In this document: positions 59,197 to 64,000 of the stretch, piece after piece
How positions within the stretch are numbered: the stretch's first letter is position 1
Layout: the number at the start of each line of letters is the position of its first letter
From: an uncultured Acidobacteriota bacterium
GTDB taxonomy: Bacteria > Acidobacteriota > Thermoanaerobaculia > Gp7-AA8
Reading direction: 5' to 3'
Length of the DNA stretch: 64,000 bases
Assembly: GCA_963741955.1 (NCBI GenBank)
Contig: CAVUKB010000004.1
Coordinates: 480,001 to 544,000 of the forward strand
The notes under the pieces: model-generated
Told to the model about the DNA's origin: nothing
What the model saw: the letters and a program-made list of their open reading frames with translations, nothing else
The model's database searches: none
Position numbers and translations under genes: made by a program

Positions 59197-60999
59197 ATGT
59201 TCTCTCGAGCCCGCTCTGCAGCCCTCCTGTTGCTTCCGCTCATCGCGCTCGTTTTCGCCGGTTGTGCGACGTCCCACCCGCCCGTCCCGGCCGAGCGATC
59301 CCTCTCGCTCGACGAGAAGGTCGGGCAGCTCATCGTGATCACCGCGGACGGCCGTTTCATGAACGAGGAGTCGCCGGAGTTCCAGCGGTTGCTCCACCAG
59401 GTACGCGACAACCACGTCGGCGGGATCCACTGGTACAACGCGGACGTCTACGAGACCGCGTGGCTGAACCGGCAGCTGCAGGCGGCGTCGAAGGTCCCGC
59501 TGCTGGTCAGCGCGGATCTCGAGGCGGGGATCGGGATGCGCTTCATCGACACGACGTACTGGCCGTGGGCGATGGCGGTCGGCGCGACCGGCGATCCGGC
59601 GTACGCCGAGAAGATGGGAGGGGTCACGGCCGACGACGCGAAGCTCGTCGGGATCAACCAGGTCTACGCCCCGGTGGCCGACGTGAACAACGATCCGGAC
59701 AACCCGGTGATCAACGTGCGGAGCTTCGGAGAAGATCCGGCGGACGTGGCTCGCTTCGTCGCGGCGTTCGTGCGTGGCGTGCAGTCGGAAGGAGTCCTCG
59801 CGACGGCGAAGCATTTTCCGGGGCACGGCGACACGCACACCGATTCTCACCGCTCCGTGCCGGTGGTCGACGTCTCCCGCGAACGGCTCGAATCGACCGA
59901 GCTCGTGCCGTTCCGCGCAGCGATCGCCGCAGGCGTCGGATCGATCATGCCCGCGCACGTTTCATATCCGGCGCTCGACTCGACTCCCGTTCCGGTGCGG
60001 ACGAACCTGACCCCGAAGCAGAACCCGTACGGCGCGGGGATCGACGAAGTGGCGCAGAACACCACGAGGCCGGCGACCGTCTCTCCGAAAATCGTGCACG
60101 ACCTCCTTCGAGGAGAGCTCGGATTCAAGGGGCTCGTGGTGACCGACTCCCTCGGGATGGGTGGAATCACATTGCACTATGCCCCTGGCGACGCAGCGGT
60201 CCTCGCCATCGAGGCGGGTGTCGATCAGCTCCTCAACTCTCCCGACACCGATGAGGCGATCGAAGGAGTGAAGGAGGCGGTCGCGGACGGCCGGATCTCC
60301 CGGGCGCGCATCGACGAATCGGTCGCGCGGATCCTCGAGGCGAAGTCGCGCGTGAGCCCACCGGCCGACTCGCAGGAAGAGATCTTCCGCGCTCTCGACT
60401 CGCCGCAGAAGAAAGCGCTCGCCGCAGAGATCGCGCAGCGGTCGCTCACTCTGGTCCGGCAGCAGGAGGGCGCGCTGCCTCTCGACCGCGGTGCGAAAGT
60501 GGTGGAGATGGTCGTCAGCGATTTCCTCGAGGCGGTGCCACCGCTGCTCGATCTGCGACGGGAGCTCCGCGCGCGACTCGAGAACGCGCCGGACCGCTTC
60601 TACTTCGACCGGCGCTCCACCGCCGACGATCAGGCGCAATTCCTCGAAGCGGCGAAGAATGCCGACGTGGTTCTGGTCGAGTCGGTGGTGCGGCTCCGCT
60701 CGGGGGAGGGTCACATCTCCATGCCGGAACTGGCGCACCAGACGCTCCTGCAGCTTCCGAACGCGACGAGCGCACGGATCGAGATGATCTCCTTCGGCAC
60801 GCCGTACATCGTCCGCGACGTGCCGTGGATGCCGACGTACCTGATCGCATGGGGGCCGCAGCCGGTGATGCAGGTCGCGGCCGCGAGGGCGCTCTTCGGC
60901 GAAGCGCCGGTCAGCGGTCATACGCCGGTCACCATTCCGGGGATCTGCGACCGCGGATGGGGGATCGTCACCGCTCCGGTCGCGGCGGGCACGAGGTGA
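59197..60999 (+). CDS. GH3 beta-N-acetylhexosaminidase lipoprotein (NagZ-like, two-domain)
   Basis: Lipobox FAGC; EKVGQL, APVADVNNDPDNPVINVRSFGE, KHFPGHGDTHTDSH, LVVTDSL.M. Confidence 0.9.
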   Translation: MFSRARSAALLLLPLIALVFAGCATSHPPVPAERSLSLDEKVGQLIVITADGRFMNEESPEFQRLLHQVRDNHVGGIHWYNADVYETAWLNRQLQAASKVPLLVSADLEAGIGMRFIDTTYWPWAMAVGATGDPAYAEKMGGVTADDAKLVGINQVYAPVADVNNDPDNPVINVRSFGEDPADVARFVAAFVRGVQSEGVLATAKHFPGHGDTHTDSHRSVPVVDVSRERLESTELVPFRAAIAAGVGSIMPAHVSYPALDSTPVPVRTNLTPKQNPYGAGIDEVAQNTTRPATVSPKIVHDLLRGELGFKGLVVTDSLGMGGITLHYAPGDAAVLAIEAGVDQLLNSPDTDEAIEGVKEAVADGRISRARIDESVARILEAKSRVSPPADSQEEIFRALDSPQKKALAAEIAQRSLTLVRQQEGALPLDRGAKVVEMVVSDFLEAVPPLLDLRRELRARLENAPDRFYFDRRSTADDQAQFLEAAKNADVVLVESVVRLRSGEGHISMPELAHQTLLQLPNATSARIEMISFGTPYIVRDVPWMPTYLIAWGPQPVMQVAAARALFGEAPVSGHTPVTIPGICDRGWGIVTAPVAAGTR

Positions 61000-61003
61000 G
61001 GCG

Positions 61004-62848
61004 ATGAAGCTCGAGACCATCGACTTCACCATTCTCGCGGCGTACTTCCTCCTGGTGATCGGAGTCGGTCTCCTCTTCGCGCGACGTGCGAAGAGATCGA
61101 TGGTCGACTACTTCATCTCCCACCGCTCGATGCCGTGGTGGCTCGCAGGGACCGCGATGGTCGCGACCACGTTCTCGGCCGACACCCCGCTGGCGGTCAC
61201 CGAGATCGTGGCGAAGAACGGGATAGCGGGAAACTGGCTCTGGTGGTCGATGCTGCCGTCCGGAATGCTCACCGTCTTCTTCTTCGCTCGCCTGTGGCGC
61301 CGTGCGGCGGTGGTCACCGACGTCGAAGTGACCGAGCTCCGTTACTCCGGCCGGCCCGCCGCGTTTCTTCGCGGTTTCCGCGCCGCATACCTCGGGCTGG
61401 TGGTCAACGTCATCATCATGGGGTGGGTGAATCTCGGCATGGCGAAGGTTCTCGCCGGAACGCTGGGCGTGCCGAAGTGGGCTGCGCTCGGGGTCTGCCT
61501 CCTGATCACGTTCGGTTATACCGTGGTCTCGGGATACTGGGGCGTCGCGTCGACCGACGGGCTGCAATATGTCTTCGAGATGGGGGGCGCGATCCTCCTG
61601 GCGGTGATCTCGGTCGGCGCGGTCGGCGGGATCGAGGCGATGAAGACGAAGATCATCGCCGCGCATCCTGCAGGTGCGGCTGCGGGCGTCACGTTCGGCA
61701 GTGCGGGGGATGCACTCTCGTTCTTCCCACACGGAAGTACGGCGTGGGCGCTTCCGGTGATCACGTTCGCGGCACTGATCGGCTTCAACTGGTGGGCGTC
61801 GTGGTATCCGGGGGCGGAGCCGGGGGGAGGAGGCTACGTCGCTCAGAACATGCTCGCGTGCAAAGACGAGCGGAACAGCCGTCTCGCAGTGCTCTTCTTC
61901 AATGTCGCGCATTACGCGATCCGGAGCTGGCCGTGGGTGATCACGGCGCTCTGCTCGCTCGCCATCTACGGGGGCGCGGTCCACGGGGCAGGCGGCGCGG
62001 AGGATCCGGGGGCGAACTACGTGCGGATGATGGTGGATCTGCTGCCGGTCGGCCTGCGCGGGCTGATGCTCGCCTCGTTCGCCGCGGCGTACATGTCGAC
62101 GCAGGCGACGCAGATGAACTGGGGGTCGAGCTATCTGGTGAACGACCTTTATCGGCGGTTCCTCCGGAAAAACGCCGACGAGCAGCATTACGTGACTGCA
62201 TCGCGGTACGCCACTCTGTTGACCCTCCTGCTGTCGATCGTGGTGACCTACTTCATGGATCAGGTCAGTCACGCGTGGGAGCTCCTGCTGATGATCGGAG
62301 CGGGGACGGGGCTGGTCTACATCCTCCGCTGGTACTGGTGGCGGATCAACGCGTGGAGCGAAGTCTCGGCGATGGCGGCGGCGCTCGGGTTTTCGCTCAC
62401 GCTCCGCGGCGTCGGGGGTCATGTCTCCACTCTGGATACCGGCACGGCGGTGGGTTTCGCGCTGAACCTGATTCTGACTACCCTCGGGACCACCGTGGTG
62501 TGGCTGGTGGTGACGCTCCGGACCAGGCCGGAACGGGAGTCGACGCTCGATTCGTTCTATGCGCGCGTCCGGCCTGCGGGGTGGGGATGGGGACCCGTCG
62601 CGGCGCGGACCGGAATTGCTCAGGGGCGGGAGGAAGTCTGGCGCAATGCGTGGATGTGGGCGCTCGGCGTGGTGTTCGTCTACTCGATCATGTTCTCCAC
62701 CGGCGCGCTGATCTTCCATCTGCAGCAGAAGCTGTGGTTCTGGGGATCGTTGCTGGTCCTGTCGGGACTGCTGCTCGGCTGGAGCTTCGCACGGGAGCCC
62801 AAGATCGCCGAAGCCGCAGGCACACCCGACGCCCTCGCGGAGAGCTGA
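61004..62848 (+). CDS. Sodium:solute symporter (SSS family)
   Basis: PWWLAGTAMVATTFSADTP, GLRGL, AAYMST, many TM helices. Confidence 0.9.
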   Translation: MKLETIDFTILAAYFLLVIGVGLLFARRAKRSMVDYFISHRSMPWWLAGTAMVATTFSADTPLAVTEIVAKNGIAGNWLWWSMLPSGMLTVFFFARLWRRAAVVTDVEVTELRYSGRPAAFLRGFRAAYLGLVVNVIIMGWVNLGMAKVLAGTLGVPKWAALGVCLLITFGYTVVSGYWGVASTDGLQYVFEMGGAILLAVISVGAVGGIEAMKTKIIAAHPAGAAAGVTFGSAGDALSFFPHGSTAWALPVITFAALIGFNWWASWYPGAEPGGGGYVAQNMLACKDERNSRLAVLFFNVAHYAIRSWPWVITALCSLAIYGGAVHGAGGAEDPGANYVRMMVDLLPVGLRGLMLASFAAAYMSTQATQMNWGSSYLVNDLYRRFLRKNADEQHYVTASRYATLLTLLLSIVVTYFMDQVSHAWELLLMIGAGTGLVYILRWYWWRINAWSEVSAMAAALGFSLTLRGVGGHVSTLDTGTAVGFALNLILTTLGTTVVWLVVTLRTRPERESTLDSFYARVRPAGWGWGPVAARTGIAQGREEVWRNAWMWALGVVFVYSIMFSTGALIFHLQQKLWFWGSLLVLSGLLLGWSFAREPKIAEAAGTPDALAES

Positions 62849-62871
62849 GCCGCACGCGCAGACGCAGCGCA

Positions 62872-63008
62872 TGGGGCACCACGGCTTCCGCCGTAGCGAA
62901 CTTCAGGAGACGCCGTTCCGAGAGGGGTGCGGATCCTCCGATCCGCCGCGCAGCTCGCGTTGTACGCGCTGAAGAGCGCACCTGGGGCACCACGGCTTCC
63001 GCCGTGGC
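62872..63008. repeat. REP-like cluster: hairpin type 1 - type 2 - type 1
   Basis: tggggcaccacggcttccgccgt at 62872 and 62983; ggggtgcggatcctccgatccgccgcgcag at 62924. Confidence 0.8.
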
Positions 63009-63188
63009 GTTTCCCGTCATTCAGACGAAGAGCATCAGCCAGTGCAGCCGCTTCAATCCGATCTGACGATCGCGAGGTCACGATTGCGATTGCGACCCCA
63101 ATGCGGATTGCCATGCACCGTCGGGTGATCGAGCCCGCCGAAAAGGCGAGCTGAGTCTCAGCCGTGGTTCAGGAGCCTGCGCCGGCGA

Positions 63189-63473
63189 TCATTGCTTGAC
63201 GAGCTCGACGCGCCGGTTCAGTGCCCGTCCCGCCTCGCTGTCGTTGGACGCGACCGGTGCGTAGGGCCCGACGCCGAACGGAGCGAGGCGCGAGGCGGGG
63301 ATGCCGTATTTCGTCGTAAGTGCCTGTACGACCGCCGCAGCGCGGCTCCGCGACAGCTCCATGTTCGTCGCGAGTGCGCCGGCGTTGTCGGTGTGACCGA
63401 CGACATACAGTTTCAGCTTCGGGTCATTCTCCAGCAGCTTTGCGATCTCTTTGAGTGCTGCTGCGGATTCCGG
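63189..63473 (-). pseudogene. 5'-truncated OmpA-like peptidoglycan-binding domain
   Basis: Hand translation PESAAALKEIAKLL..DPKLKLYVVGHTDN.G....NMELSRSRA..V...NRRVELVKQ*; no in-frame start before an upstream TGA. Confidence 0.75.
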
Positions 63474-63734
63474 GGCACCACGCCTCTTTCCGCGGCGGGA
63501 ACTGGACCGGCTCGAGAGACCGATAGAAGGCCGATTTTCGAATGACTGCGCGTGCCGGCATCGTCGCGCGTTCCGTGATTCGTTTCGCTGCGCTCAGAGG
63601 CGTACTTCGATGCGCTGGGAACGCGATTGGCGCGGCGGACTGTAACGCCGCGCTCCATGACGCGCTGGCTTTACCGAACGAGGCGCTCGTCGGCCATGCG
63701 GCGGCGCGCAGCGGTCGGTGTGAGCGACCGGGAT

Positions 63735-64000
63735 CTAATGAGACTCGGGTGACTCACCCGACTCGCCGTTCTCTCCTCCTTCGGCGTGTTCCCCCTGCTG
63801 TTCCGGAGCCGCAGCGACCGCCTGCTGGTACTCGGCCGGAGTCATCTTCGGGAGTTTCTCCATGAATGCGACCACGCCCCAGAGCTTCTGGTCCGACTCG
63901 CCGTGGAACGAGGGCATGCCGGTCATCCGGATGCCGTTCTTCGCGATCCAGAAGATCTCGTTGGGCTGAAACTCTTCGACGATCTCTTTCACCTCCGGAG
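63735..64000 (-). CDS. C-terminal part of a cytochrome c-type protein (runs off window)
   Basis: EIFWIAKNGIRMTGMPSF...DQKLWGVVAFMEKLP; CxxCH not visible in the window. Confidence 0.65.
   Translation of the reverse strand, partial: PEVKEIVEEFQPNEIFWIAKNGIRMTGMPSFHGESDQKLWGVVAFMEKLPKMTPAEYQQAVAAAPEQQGEHAEGGENGESGESPESH

Overview
GC-rich bacterial chromosomal window. The gene repertoire, the EF-P variant and a secreted-domain type suggest Acidobacteriota, possibly Thermoanaerobaculia (inference only). It holds mostly housekeeping, envelope and transport genes: murJ, oppDF, a TolC-Yip1-MFP-ABC exporter, efp, pilT-recX-alaS, an acyl-CoA mutase, ftsK, tRNA-Arg, prs-rplY, an M16 peptidase pair, wzt, a UbiD-family decarboxylase, a FabF-methyltransferase-flavoprotein trio, a TonB receptor, a GH3 glycosidase and an SSS symporter. 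It also has a complete imuA-imuB-dnaE2 mutagenesis cassette. No transposase, integrase, reverse transcriptase or CRISPR array was seen. The unusual content lies in the repeats. (1) A four-helix-bundle (23S-IVS-protein family) gene sits between imuB and dnaE2, bracketed by 43-bp inverted repeats built from 7-mers, together with an apparently empty sister unit. (2) All three mutasome genes carry in-frame 7-nt repeat tracts, and a large inverted 7-mer array lies in front of wzt. (3) At least three families of palindromic MITE-like elements are chained together through shared CTAG tetramers. (4) A REP-like scaffold carries interchangeable hairpins. All product calls come from motif recognition by eye; no database searches were run.
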